From: Chiloscyllium plagiosum
Taxonomy: Eukaryota
Reading direction: 5' to 3'
DNA length: 64,000 nucleotides
NCBI RefSeq assembly: GCF_004010195.1
Contig: NC_057717.1
Coordinates: forward strand, 56,493,126-56,557,125
Shown: positions 37,860 to 51,809 of the stretch, one piece after another
How the letters are laid out: each line of letters starts with the position of its first letter
Numbering within the stretch: position 1 is the first letter of the stretch
The notes under the pieces: generated by a model
Seen by the model: the letters and a program-made list of their open reading frames with translations, nothing else
The model's database searches: none
Told to the model about the DNA's origin: nothing
Translations under genes and position numbers: made by a program

Positions 37860-38550
37860 ACGATTGTCCTACATAATGGCATCGAGCTGTATATCTTCAG
37901 CTGGCTGAAGACGCCAATCTGGGCACTGCTTGACAATGGCTGTGCATGCTTAATGTTCTCTCTCTTTGCACAGAAGACACCTCTGTCCAGTGGCACAGCA
38001 GAGATGATTACACTGCTGTGAAGTTCTCTGCTCGATGATCTTTATCGAGTGATTCCAATTGCAGCCATGTCCTCCTCGTTGTTGACGTTGATATGGAATT
38101 ACTTGAGGTGGTTTGGATGTTATCTTTGAACCTGTTTCTTTGGCCACCAGGCGGACGGTAACCGTCCTGCAGCTGGTGAATATATGATGTGATTTGAAAG
38201 GCTTCAGTTGGGTTTTCGGACGGCATGAAGGGTCCATTTGAGTAGTTGCTCAATTGAGTTTGTAGTGATACTGAATATGTTAACCCCCTCCAAGACGCTA
38301 ATGAACTTGCACAAATCTCCCCAAAATTTTTGCAGGGTCTCTGTTATTGAAACTCCACTGACTTGAATTGTCTACACAGGCAGTCCACGTTTCACTTCCA
38401 CATAGGACTGTGCTATAGGCAAAAGGTTTGTCCCACAAAGCTTTAGACTGCTATTCTCGAACATGGACTTCAAAATCCCTCTGTTCAGTCGGGCATTAGC
38501 TCTGCCGACACAGTTACAGCTTTATGAAGAAACGGGGTGTTGCCCCTACT
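37860..38550 (-). mobile_element. RTE-clade LINE 3' fragment
   Basis: HQLQDGYRPPGGQRNRFKDNIQ matches the RTE C-terminal 'QL..G.R..GGQ.KRFKD' motif. Confidence 0.75.
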
Positions 38551-38719
38551 TTCCTGTAAAATAGAACAGAGATAATCATTTTGCTGTTCTTGTCACGTCG
38601 TATTGAATTGTATCGACGATGTACTTTTGGAGAAACTTAAAAGAAATCCAATGCATTTTCATGAGAGTTTTTTTTTTAAATTTCTCACTACCCTGGTTCC
38701 AATTAACACTTAAAGGTAT

Positions 38720-39015
38720 TAGATTACTTACAGTGTGAAAACAGGCCCTTCGGCCCAACAAGTCCACACCGACCCACCACCATTCCCCTACATTTACCCC
38801 TTTACCTAACACTGCGGGCAAATTAGAATGGCCAATTCATCTAACCTGCACATTCTTGGATTGTGGTAGGAAACCGAAGCTTCTGGAGAAAACCCACGCA
38901 GACACGGGGCGAATGCGCAAACTCCACACAGATAGACGCCTGAAGCAGGATTCAAACCCGGGTCTTTGGCGCTGTGAGGCAGCAGTGCTAACCACAGTGA
39001 CACCATGCCGCCCAC
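38720..39015 (-). mobile_element. HE1-type SINE
   Basis: tRNA-like head with A/B boxes and tail as at 23455. Confidence 0.9.
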
Positions 39016-39429
39016 TACTGTCCTGGCTTTAGTTCTAAGTAAGGCGCTGGCCTAATCAACAGCTTTTTTTGCGTCCATTACATTTTTGAGCCAGTTCAGA
39101 GAGTATTTTGTTTTTTGTCTCTATAAATAGACACCATGAGTCGTTTCCCTTCGTTTTCCGCATAGGGCTCCATTTCATCTTGCAGACACGTGAAATATGC
39201 TATCAGCCAGGTCTGCAAAGTTATGCTATAAAAAACACTGTTGGTAGAAAGATAAAGAATGCGAAAGTAATTGAAGTAAGCCAATTTGTACCTGCACCAT
39301 CATTACAACAAACTACTGCGCGAATTTCGTTATCAAACTTTAACGCCAACTCATTTCTTCTGTAATAGAGCTGTGTTTTTCAGCCAATTTTCTCTGTTAT
39401 AAACGATCACTGCAGTAGTAAACAAATCA

Positions 39430-40660
39430 CGGGGAATCAGATCTCACAAACTTGATTGAGTTTTTGAAAGAAGACGTAACGAAGAGGATTAATGAGGGCA
39501 GAGCAGTAGATGTGATCTCTCTGGACATCAGTAAGGCGCTCGACAAGGTTGCCCAAGAGAGACTGCTAAGTAAGTTTAGATCTCAGGGAATTCAGGGAGA
39601 ACTACCATTTGGATACAGAACTGGCACAAAGGTGTTGGTGGCGGGTTGGTTTTCAAACTGAGGGCTGTCACCAGTTGAGCGTCACAAGGATCGGTACTGG
39701 GTCCACTACTTTTGTTCATTTACATAAATGATTTAGATGTGAGCATAAGAGGTACAGTTAGTAAGTTTGCAGATGACAACAACATTGGAGGTGTAGAGGA
39801 CAGCGAAGAGGGTGACCTCAGATTACAACAGGATCTTGACCAGATGGGCCAATGGACTGAGAAGTGACAGATGGAGTTCAATTTAGATAAATGCGAGGTG
39901 CTGCATTTTGGGAAAGCAAATCTTAGCAAGAGTTAGACATTTAATGGTAAGGTCCGAGAGCGCATTGCTGAACAAAGACACCTTGGAGTACAGGTTCATA
40001 GCTCCTTGAAAGTGGAGTCGCTGGTAGATAGAATAGTGAAGATGGCGTTTGGTAAGCTTTCTTTCATGGGTCAGAGTGTTGAGTACAGGAGTTGGGACGT
40101 CAAGTTGCGGCTGTACAGGACATTTATTCGGCAAATGTTGGAATTCTGGTCTCCGTCTTATCGAACAGATGTTTGAAACTTGAAAGGGTTCAGAAAATAT
40201 TCGCAAGGATGTTGCCAGGGTTGGAGGATTTGAGCTACAGGGAGAGGCTGAATAGGCTGGCGCTGTTTTCCCTGGAGCATTGAGGATTGACCTGATAGAG
40301 TTTTAAAAAATTATTAGTGACATGGATAAGATAAAAAGACAAAGACTTTGCCATGGGGTCAGGGAGTCCAGACCTAGAAGGCATAGGTTTTGGGTGAGAG
40401 GGGAAGATATAAAAGAGACCTAAGGGGCAACCTTTTCATGCAGAGGGTGGTACGTGTCAGGAAAAGCTGCCAGAGGAAGTGGTGGAGGCGGGTACATGTG
40501 AAAGACTTAAAAGGCATTTGGAGGCTATATGAATAAGAAAGGTTTAGTGGGACATGGGTCAGGTGCTGGGAGGTGGGACTAGATTGTGTTGTGATATGTG
40601 GTCGGCATGGACGTTTTGGACAAAAGGGTTTGTTTCCATGCTATACATCTCTATGGCTCT
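39430..40660 (+). mobile_element. CR1/HER1 LINE RT and 3' UTR
   Basis: DVISLDISKALDKV, SKFADD, LERVQKIFARMLPGL. Confidence 0.9.
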
Positions 40661-43600
40661 GATTGGTTTTATCGATTTTCCCTGTAGTATATGCATTCAT
40701 TTTAGAACTTCACTTTGGGAGATAAAGTTAGATTGCATTGGTCTCCGATGAAATTTTCATATTCCTGCTACTTTTGTCCATATCCCAAAAGCCAATTTCT
40801 GAGTGAAAGCTACTCTGCATTACCGGATGCTCCAGTTACACATTTGTAAGTTCAGACTCATGATTGATTACACTTTCAAATTACTCACCTCTGTTCGGGG
40901 TCCTGCAGAAACACAATTGCTCGGGGTCACCGAATGAGAGTGGTAACTTACTGGAGATTGATAAGGTCGGCTCCATGTCAAAATAAGATGGGCCAGAACA
41001 AACTGATTTAGAAGATATAGGAATGCGATGAGGCCACTGCCACTGAAGACTATTTAATTCAAAACGAATCGGCCGAGCGTAGAATGCGAAGAATATTATC
41101 AGGCACGGTATGCTTGAAACCCTCCCTCAAACTCTGAAATAAAGGAACTTCGCCAATTTATTGTAAGTTTCAGTCCAATTATTCCAAAGTCTGCTGAACC
41201 CAATTTTATTTGCAAAGTTATTGTCCAAATGCTTATCTAAATTCTCTTACATCTGAATGCACACCAGAATCCTGCTTAGATATCTTTGCTGGAGAATATT
41301 GGGCAATGTTGCAAGATACTATTGAAATGTCCTCTTTTCAGTATTCTGAAATCAATGAATATATTCTTCCATGATTTAGTCTTTAAGTGTCTCGCTGTTT
41401 ATTTCACAGAGCACCAAAACAATTGAAGTTTTTAAATTGATTTCATCTTTAATTCTTTCTGGAAATGATCAAGCCACAACGGAGAAATGGAGCCGGAAAT
41501 GACCAGGAGCCATGTGATTTGTGCCCGCCAGCACAAGCTGCAAATTCACCCATGTTGTGCACCAATGCAAAACAAGCTAATGACCAATTCATTGGTATAA
41601 TCGGTACAGCCTCGCAAGTTGTTTGGATACGTGCTCTATGTTTATAGATAATTGTGTTGGTGCTGTCGGCACATCTCCCAAGCAGGACAGACATCTTGTC
41701 TTGGATTATCGATCAATCACATTTGTTTGTTCAGCGCGGCTCCCAAGTTGGACAGATATTTAGTCGCAGTTTTGTCATATATATTGAATAGAAGACCTCA
41801 CATAGTACAACGGGGTTTAGAAACATTAGCACTCATTTTTGAAGTTTGGTCTATGTGCGTATACTGAATGCCTGTTGTCGTTAATTTTACATGATCATGT
41901 ATTCAGTAACTGTGAAATCCCTTCGAATGCAATTGTTTTGGAATGACTATGTAATTCGTTGTCGACGGAAATTCAGCTAAATTCTGTTGGAAGTACATTA
42001 GACACGCTTGGGATGATTTCCTGGATATTGTGCTGTGAGATGTTGCTGACATTCAGGGAGACCAGTGAGTGTGGAACCACCCCGTCCCCCACAACCACTC
42101 TATGTGAGGGATGGGGATGGTAGTGAAAGCGCACCTGATTCTGAAACATTAGGAGAAAATGGAGCAGTGGCTGCAGAGCCATAAATCTCCACAAAGTGAA
42201 GGAGGAGAAGTCATAATTAGATCAGCCATGGTCGTATTGAATGGTGGAGTGGGACAGAATGGTCGTTCACAGTAACTTAGTGATATATTTCCCTTTGTAA
42301 GAACAAATACTTCACCTCTTCAAACGGAAGAACAATGAATCTCTTCCTTCTACTTGATAGCAACATTCTAGGTCCAGAAACTTCCCAAGTTCTTGAAGAT
42401 CAACTTTTACACAGCTTCTACCTCCCACTCCATCACAATATACGTATGCACTAAGGGCCTTATTAGATTTACTGAAACTTTTGCTTTCAAAACCAAGCAG
42501 CGTCTGTCATCAGCGCGGATGATCTTCCTCGCTTTGGCACTCTTCCTGCGTCGGCTTCAGCCTACTGCTGCAAGATATTTCATCCGAAGTAGGTACCCTT
42601 GAGAGAGAGCACTCTTTCAAATGGAAGATGGTGATCTTTCTGGCTAACAGTCCAAAAAGCCTGCTTTATATGACCAAACATCAGATCGTCTCATTGGTTC
42701 AAGGCTTTCAAAACAGGAGAAGTCAAATTCGATTGGGTCTTAGAGTCTTAGGGCATAACTTTCACTGATCGGTAAACTTCAAACTGCTGTAAAAGCAACT
42801 GGTATCTAGGTTACACCATAGTGTTAGATCTTTCAATTTTCCAGCACTCGCTGTGATATGACAGGTTTCTCTTCCAGGGACAGTACACACCTTCAACTAA
42901 ATAACAAGAAGAGGGCGGTGACTCTATGGGGCTCATTATCTGAAAATGTTGTGAAATCCAATTCATTGACCCTATTTCAGACAGATTATGTAAGCAGATT
43001 TTTTAAAAGTTCGGGATCAAGGTTTACATGGAAAGGCAAGAGAATGTGCTTGAGAAGTATCTCAGCAATGATGGAATTGCAAAGTAGACTGAACGGGATA
43101 AATGAACTAATTTCTAATTCCACTCTTCCACGTTATAGTTTTATGGTGCGTCGCAACTCATTTTGAAGAACATGAAACATGATACTTTGCAGCATCTCAT
43201 CTGTTCTGAAGAAGAATCATATCTGGCTCAAAACATCAACTCAGAACACTGACTGGTGACCTACAGCAGCAGTCTCTGTTATTATTTAATATTGTGCATA
43301 TCGGTCAGTTAGAGAAAATTGTAAACATATTACGAAATTTTGAGAAGGAGGAATCGAAATCGAAACATGTAATACTTGGGTTAATTAACAGCATGTCAGT
43401 TTTTGTTGAGAAATTAATTGGTTTCAAATCAGGATAAATTATCTTGTACAAAATCTTACTTAGAACACACTTATGGCAGTAGGAGACGTGTGTTCTATCG
43501 ATTACAAGAAAGACTTAACTTCTGTTGTTGGGAAATGGTTTGATATGCCCAAGTGCCAAGAGATTCTTCGACGTTACCTTCCCTTGTTGTTATTCAAACC

Positions 43601-44477
43601 TCCTTTGGAAATTCAATCTTCTTTGCATTAATTACAGCGCTTCACGTCTTATTGTTGTATAAAATGTACTTCCTTCCTACATCTGCAGCAATTATGTTTT
43701 GTTCATTTTAATTCAGGAATTTTGTATTGCATATTTAGCCATCTAAATGTAGCAAAATGCTTGCCTTCTCTGTGTCTATCAAATGTCTTCATTATTGTCA
43801 AAATGTCAATTGTCCAGTGTTAATTATCTGTGCACTTCCTGTTCTTATTTGATGTCAGATACCTCATGTTACTCGGATCTTCTACTTCACTGCTACAGCC
43901 TTAGCATTGTTATCGAGTTGGGCAGCGCAAAGGTTTTGACAACTTTAACGCCCAGGACTAATGAGAGAAGTAATGAGAGAAGGGTGAATCATGACCATTT
44001 CATTTTATTTCTGTGTACCCCCTATCAAAGCAAAGTTTCACATTAGTTTTCCTAATCGGAGTATCAACTTATAATCATACATTCAAGATTTTTGAACATG
44101 TCTCTCCAAGACACTTTGCTTTTTTATCCCAGAAAGACGAGCTGATTTTTTCCCACTGTATTGCCATGTTATTTTATTCGAAGAATACCCATTCACATGT
44201 GTCAACGAAAAATTCTGTCCATTTGGTGTGGTGTATTCTCAAATAAAAACAGGAGCGATGAAAGGTTAAAAATAATTTGATGGAATTTGACACAAAGACA
44301 AACAAGTTTGAACGATGTATCAATTTGGAATGCTGATGAAGAGGATAGTTGAATGAATTCATTACTGCCAATCAGATAGGATAGTTTGACATACTGATTA
44401 ATAAATCAATACACATTCTTGGTTAATTAATATAAGGTACGGAGAACAAGAGAAAGCAGTTCATTTTCAATGTCTGG

Positions 44478-44690
44478 AAGTCACTCGTTCAATCTCAGCT
44501 GGAATATTGTGCTTACTTACAAGTACAATGCTATCAGAAAAAATGTGAAGCTCCGGAATAGATTATAACACAGAATATAGGATCAAGTCACTCGTTGAAT
44601 CTTAGCTGGAATATTGTGCTTACTTACAAGTACAATGCTATCAGAAAAATGTGAAGCTCCGGAATAGATTATAACACAGAATATAGGATC
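44478..44690. repeat. ~107-bp near-identical tandem duplication
   Basis: aagtcactcgtt...aatataggatc occurs twice; single copy in the left arm at ~12900-13005. Confidence 0.9.
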
Positions 44691-47600
44691 TGCGAACAAA
44701 GTGAAGCCATTCAGCACCTCAATCCAGGCATTTCATTCCAGGCTGATCTCAACTCGCCTTGAACTTCATTTTTCTTCCCGCTCTCTGTAACACTTGAGTC
44801 GTTTTCTCAGTAAAGATCTGTCTACCTCTTCCGTAAATTTATGTTATCACCAGGCTCCTTGGTGGTGAATTCCAGAGATTCATTGCCTTTGCGAATAGGA
44901 ATTTCTCCTCAACTCTGTATTAAATTTGTTCAGTTTTGTCCGGAGGTCTAAACTCCTATTACAGACTGCAGCGTTTTGGAAAATCTTCTCAACATCTTTT
45001 CTGTAAATTCCTGGGAGCATCATGTATTCATCTATGAGATAACCACTTATTCCACGAAATGCCACGGTATGTAGGGCGATGCTGCTCAGTCTTTCTCATT
45101 AAGGCAACTGTCTGTGGAAATAAGTCTCCTGCGCCTTCTCTGAACTGCGTCCAATATATTTATATCCTCCTCAAGTAAGGGGACAAAAACAGAACGTAAT
45201 GTTTCGGGTTCGATCTCACAAAACTTGTTGCACAGTTGTAACAAACCATTCAGAAATTTATGCTCTCTGCATTTAGCAATAAATGCCAACATTCAATTTG
45301 CCTTCGTTATTAACTGTTATATCTACAATATTTTCATTACTCCAGCTCCACTTACATGCTCTCACCATAACCCTTACTTCCTTTACAAATCATAAGTTTA
45401 TACACATTATCTTTAAAACATTTCCTGAGGAAACCTCAACTACTTCTCTGGGCAGGGAATTCCATCGATTCACAACCCTCTTGATGAAGACATTCCTTCT
45501 CAATTCAGTCCGAAATCTCTTCTGCCAAACTTGAGGTAATGCCCTCTTGTTCTGTTTTCGCCAGCTAGTGGAAACACCCTCTCTAGTTCTACTCTAAAAT
45601 TCCCTTCATAATTCTGTATACTTCTAACGATCCTCCCTCTTTCGTCAAAATTGCAATGAATATAATTGCAGTGAAATAAGTTTCTCCTTTAAAGAAAAGC
45701 CCTTCAGCTCTGGAATCAACCTCGTGAAGCTTCTGTGCACCATTTCTTGTACCAGGAATCCATTCTCAAGTAAGGATAACAAAACTGCACGCAGTACTCC
45801 AACACCCTTCACAACTGCAACATAACCTATCTGCTTTAAACTCAATGCTTTTGGCATTTGGATAAGGTTCAATTTCGCAAGGAAAAGTTAAATTTGCCAT
45901 CTTAATTACCTGTTGCGTCTGATGTCCAACCTTCAGTGTTTCATGCACAAGGGCGCTCAGGTCCCTCTGCAGGCCAGAGTGCTGTAATTTCTTAGCATTC
46001 AAGTAGTATATCTTTTTACTGTTACTCCCAACGACATAGATTAATTCCCATTTATTTACATTGTACTCTATCTGCCAGAAATTTGTGCACTCAATTAAAC
46101 TGTCGAGGCACAAGTCCCCCATATTTTCTGTGCCAAGGAATTGTAAAGACTCACAACCACCTGAGTGGAGAAATTCCTTCTCATCTCAGTCTTATATCGA
46201 CACCACTTAATTTGAGACTGTTCCCTCTAGACCTAGATCCTCACAAGAGGGGAAACATCTATCAGTATTTATGGAGTGATTCTGGTAGGGAATTTTAAAA
46301 TTCAGAACATAGACTGGGACTGACATTGTGGTAGAGGTTTAGATAGAAATTAATTTGTTACATATGTAAAAGAAAAGTGCCTGAAGAGTCTGTAGATGTA
46401 ACTGCCAGAGTTGGTGCACGACTTGACTTACTCTTCGGAAATAAGGCAGGGCAGTGAACGTGGTGTCAGTGTGGAAGCACTTCAGTGTAACCTACCTTAA
46501 TTATATTTGTTTTAATATGCCGATGGAAAAGGATAAACCACGTCGAAAATTTAAAGGTCAAATTGAGAGGAAAGCCAATTTTCAACGTATTAGGCAAGAA
46601 CTTTTTAAAATTGATTGGAAGTGAATTTCTCATAAAGCAACAGCTGGAAAATGAAAAGACTTTAAAAAAATGAGATAACGAGAGTCCAGAGACAGAATAT
46701 CCCTGATAAGTTGGAAGGCAAGTTTAGTATGTGTGGAGAATGCAGAATAACTAGATAAATTGAACTTTTGTCAACCAAAATAAGTGTGATTATATCAGTC
46801 GGACAAGAGGTCGAGCAAATCCTTAGAAAAATATAAAGGCAGTAAGCGTATGCTTAAGAGGGAAATCAAGACTGCAAAAATGGACAGCGATAGCTTTGGC
46901 AATGTGGTAATCAGAATCCAAACGGGTTTTACAATACATTAAGAAAAAAAAAAGATAACAAGGGAGAGAAAATAGCTCCTCAAAGATCAAAATGGCAGCA
47001 TATGTGTCGAAACTCAGGAGATGGGAAATAGACTAAACGAATATTTTGCATCACTGATTAATGTGGAGAAGGAAATAGATGATATAGAATGTGGGGAAGC
47101 AGAAAGAGACATATTGAAACAAATGTTCACATTACAAAGATGGAGGTGCTAGACGTCTTAAAACGCACAAAGGTGTGTTAATCACCAAGACTTGATCAGG
47201 TGCATCCTTGAACTCCGTGGGAAGCTAGAGAAGTGATTACTAGATCCCTTACTGTGATATTTATATCATTAATAGCCATAGGTGAGGTTGGAGGCCTGCT
47301 AACACAGTTCCACAATTCCAGAAAGATTGTACAGTAAAGTGAGGGAACCTCACACCGTTGAGCCTGTTGTTGGTGGTCAGCAAGTTGTTGGAGAGAATCC
47401 TGAGGGACAGAAGTTACACATATTTGGATCGGCAAGAACTGCTTAGGGATCGTCAACATGACTTTGTGCGTTGGAAATCATGTCTCACTAAGTTGACTGC
47501 TTTTTTTCTTTTAAGAAGTAACGAAGAGAATTGATGAGAGCAGAATAGTGGACGTGATCGATGTAGAATTCAGTAAGACGTACGACAATGTTGCGCATGG

Positions 47601-50276
47601 CAGACAAGATCACATAAAATACAGGGATTACTGGCCATTTAGATAAGACCGAGCTCGAAGAGAGAAGACAGAGGGAGATGCTGGAGGTACAATTTAAGAA
47701 TGTAGGTCTGTGAACACTGGTGTGGCAAAATGCGAGAAGCAGTGTTCGCTCCTTATCATCATTTAAATAAATTATTTGCATGTGATCAGACGAGGTATAC
47801 TTCGGAATTTTGAAGGTTGCACCTCAATTGGAGGTATAGTGGACTGCGATTGAGTATACCTCAGAGAAAAGCGGGAGCTTGAATAGATGGACCAATGGGT
47901 TGAGGGCTGGCAAATGGAATATAATTTAGATGAACGTGAGGAGCAGCATTTTGAAAAGGTAAATTAAGGTTGGACATAAGTAACTAATGCTAATGGCCCA
48001 GGGAATATTGCTGAACAAGAGACTTTGGAGAACAGTTTTTAAAGTTCATTGCAAATGGAGACACAGATAGATCGGGTAGTGAATGCGTTTGGAATGCCTT
48101 ATTTTATTGGTTAGAGCATTGATTATGGCAGTTGCGAGTTCAAATTACGGCTGTACAGGCTCCTTCTGGAATACGGTGTGCATTACTGGTCTCCCTGATT
48201 TTGGAAAGATGTTGGGCACTTTAACGAGTTCAGAAAGAATTATAACGACGTTGCCAGGGTGCAAGTATTTGAGCTATAGGGATATATGGGCGAGGTGTTG
48301 ACAACTGAGACTAGATTTGGATATCTGGCAGTCATGAATGAGTTTGACCTAAGGGCATGTTTCTCTGTTTTACATATGTGTGACTCTATGACTCTCTGAC
48401 CCTGCCAAACGCCTTAGTAATACTTCATGTTTCAATGGATCATCGTCCTCTCCGCTTATATCCTGTGAACAGACTCACAACGTTTTAGTCTTTACTCAAA
48501 AGACAATTGCTCCACAGCAGGGTTCATCCCAGTAGACCTTCTCTGAACTGCCACAAATGACATGGTATTTTTCCTTAAATCAGGAACCAAATCTATCCGC
48601 AATAATATACACTTTGTCTCAACATTACGTTGTAGATTTCTGGTGAGTTTTCCTTACTCTTATATTCCAAACCCTTTCTGCAGGTTTTTTTTCATTTAAA
48701 TGATTATTTTTTTCTCCCTTCCAAAACTGCCAATGTCACGTTATACTCCATTTGCCAACATTTTGTTGACTTACCATTAACTTCTCTGTATAAATTGTTT
48801 GTCTCTGTTTTACCACTTGCCTTTCTCCGTGGTTTTGCAAATTTGGCAACAGTATATTCACCATCATGCTACACTGTAAACTTTCCCAGCACTGATTCCA
48901 GGATTAAAGTGTTATTTTTCAGTATGATGACACATAAAGATAACATGTATCGACAGAGCTTACGATGATGACAGATGGAGTTGATTGAAAATTACAAATT
49001 GACAGGTGACTGCATGGAAATAGCATGGAGAAGATGTTTCCACTAGCAGGAGTGAGCTGGAACTGAGGATACAGCGCCAGATTGAAGGAACCAGAATTAA
49101 GTCTGAAACGAGAAACAATATCTTCAGCCAGAGGTTGTCGAATCTGTGGAACAGATTGCTGTGGATTTTGCTGCTCGTCGGATGCTGCCTGAATTGCTGT
49201 GCTCTTCCAACACCACTGATCCAGAATCTGGTTTTCAGCATCTGCAGTCATTGTTTTTACTAGATTGCTATGGAGGTCAAGTCAGTGACGATAAGCAAGC
49301 GAGGATTGCAAGTGCTGGAGATCAGAGTCGAAGAATGTATACTGGAAACGTACAGCTGGTCAGGCAGCATCAAAGGGGCAGGAGAATTGGCGTTTCGGTC
49401 AGACGCCCTTCATCAGGACTATGGGCCAAGAGGTCTGAGAGATAAATGGAAGGGGGTGGAGCTGGTGGAAGCTGAGATTGTGATGGAAAGTTGAAGGTGT
49501 AGGTGAAATTATAGATGGTAGACTAACTGTATTTGAGATAGGGATAGATAGGATCTTGGTTAGTAAGGGGATCAAGGGTTACGGGGAAAAGACAGGGGAA
49601 TGTATTTGAGAAACATATTCGCTGTGACCGAATGGTGGAGCAGACTCAGTGGGCTAAATTCTCTATTTCTGTCGTTGTACCTTATACCTCTTTGGTCCGA
49701 AAACATCGAAATTTTTCGAAGAACATTTGAAAATTAACAAAGTTTTCACTTAAAGCACTGTACATAAACAGGGAAAACGTTCTTTCAAACTCGTGGACCT
49801 AAAGATTGGCAAATTCTGAGGGCCAGATGCCAAAATGTTATGATTTTAAATAAGGTTTTGGCAACACGGGTAGACTTTTCCATTTTCCTTGAATTTCTGG
49901 AAGTGTTCGAACATATTGCTAAATCGCAAATGTTTCACCTTTATTCATTTATGGTGGCAAGATGAAATAAAAGTTTCTCAAACAGTTAACCTGCAACAAA
50001 GGATTTACGACAAATCAAGAATTAAGTTCAATCCTCCAGGCGACTTAGGAATTCAAATTTTAAGAAAATGAGTATCTTAAAGTTTAATTCGTGTTTTGCT
50101 TTCATGTGTTAAGAAGGCTAACAGTTCGGTTTTGGAGTTTCATTTTTGAGCTCGAAGTTGCGTTGCCAATTCTGGAAGACTCTTTTATTTACATTTCTTT
50201 GAATGAGGTTTGAGAACCAGTAAATAGAGTTCAGTTGGTGAGGGAGATGGCGGAGATATATATAACATGTCAGTGC

Positions 50277-50278
<2 letters not shown>

Positions 50279-50356
<78 letters not shown>
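50279..50356. repeat. (TG)n microsatellite
   Basis: About 38 perfect TG units. Confidence 0.97.
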
Positions 50357-50357
<1 letters not shown>

Positions 50358-51809
50358 TCCAGACAATAGAGCCAAAATATTTTCGTAATAAATAGCTAGA
50401 ATGAAAACTGTTGGAAGATGATTTTAGGAATTCATGTGTTATAGTGTTTGTAGTAATTTTACTTTGCAATTTACATTTTTCTTAGGAATTCTCACGAAGA
50501 GAAACCAGAGAAAGAAATCACATGTGCATAGGACTCCAACGATATAGTCCCATATTCTTGTCTTTAAACGCATCGAAGAATGTAAGAGAATTTTAATCCG
50601 TGTACACAAACGAATCTGACACATTGCTCGTGACATAAACATTAAAGCGTTGTAATGCCAGTACCCAACTCAGCACTTTTTTCGATCGTGGAGTATTTCC
50701 TCTGGTGGATGTTGAGGTTCTTCGAAACGTAACCAACAGGCAGTTCAATCCCATCCTAATTTTCCTGTCGCAGTACAGCTCCATCACCTATGTAACTAGC
50801 ATTGATTGCAATGTTTGGTGTAGACAAAACTAGTTTGGTGGTTAATATGGCTTTCAAATGGTCGAATGCCTCCTGGCATTGTTATGACCACCGAAATTTC
50901 GTGTTCGTCTTCAACAAATTGATTAATAGTGCCACAACGCTGCTGAAGATTAGAATAACCTTCCAATTGAATCCACTAAGTCCGAAGAATCGAAAAGCCT
51001 CTTTCTTAGAGGTTGTTCGTGGAAATTCCTCGATGGCCTTTGTCTTTGTGTTCCATGGGGTCAACCTTCCATGACTGATGTTATGACCCAGGAACGCCAT
51101 CCGTGCTTTCGCGAATTCAGTTTTGTTTAAATTTATTACAAATTTTGCTTCACACAGTCCTTCAAAGAGCTCTGACATCTTTCCCATGTGATATTTCCAG
51201 GAATTAATAAAAATCACTACATCATTAAAATAGACAGCATAGTGTGTTAACCCCGCCACAACTCTGTTGATGAGTCTGTGGAATGTGGCAGGTGCGTTCT
51301 TGGTTCCACTGCATTTTGATATAGCCCATTTGCGGTTTCAAATGCAGAAATCTATTTCGTAGTCTCTGAAAGAAAAATCTGCCTGCCACTCTTATAAGTC
51401 GAACTTAGTGACGTAAAATTCAACTTTCTCAATATAGTCCTCCCATTTGGAATTGGATATAAATCCGATTTTTTAATGAAATTGACCTTCTGATAATCAA
51501 CACAGAATCATTGAATCCAGTCAGTTTTGTGAACTAAGACGATCAGCAAAGTCCAGCCACTCTGATTCGATTCAAAGATATTCCAGTCGCTCAGACTTGG
51601 ATCGATGATATCATCGTCGAGCCGACCTCCAACTCCTTCTGGACCTGTGTGGCTTTGAAAGGATTAAGCCAATCGGGGTGTTCTTTTATCGGAGCAGGTT
51701 TCCCTACGTCTGATTCATGTACATCAGCCCTCCCCATCTGATTCTTACAAGTTACAGTTACAATTCTTTCGCCTTCATACTATGCTCATGAGAGAGTTAC
51801 TTTACTGAC

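Noticed and set aside
42014-42071. Ig/TCR leader-like exon MISWILCCEMLLTFRET|GTGAGT
   Set aside because: No V exon downstream, only TE tail and LTR-like sequence
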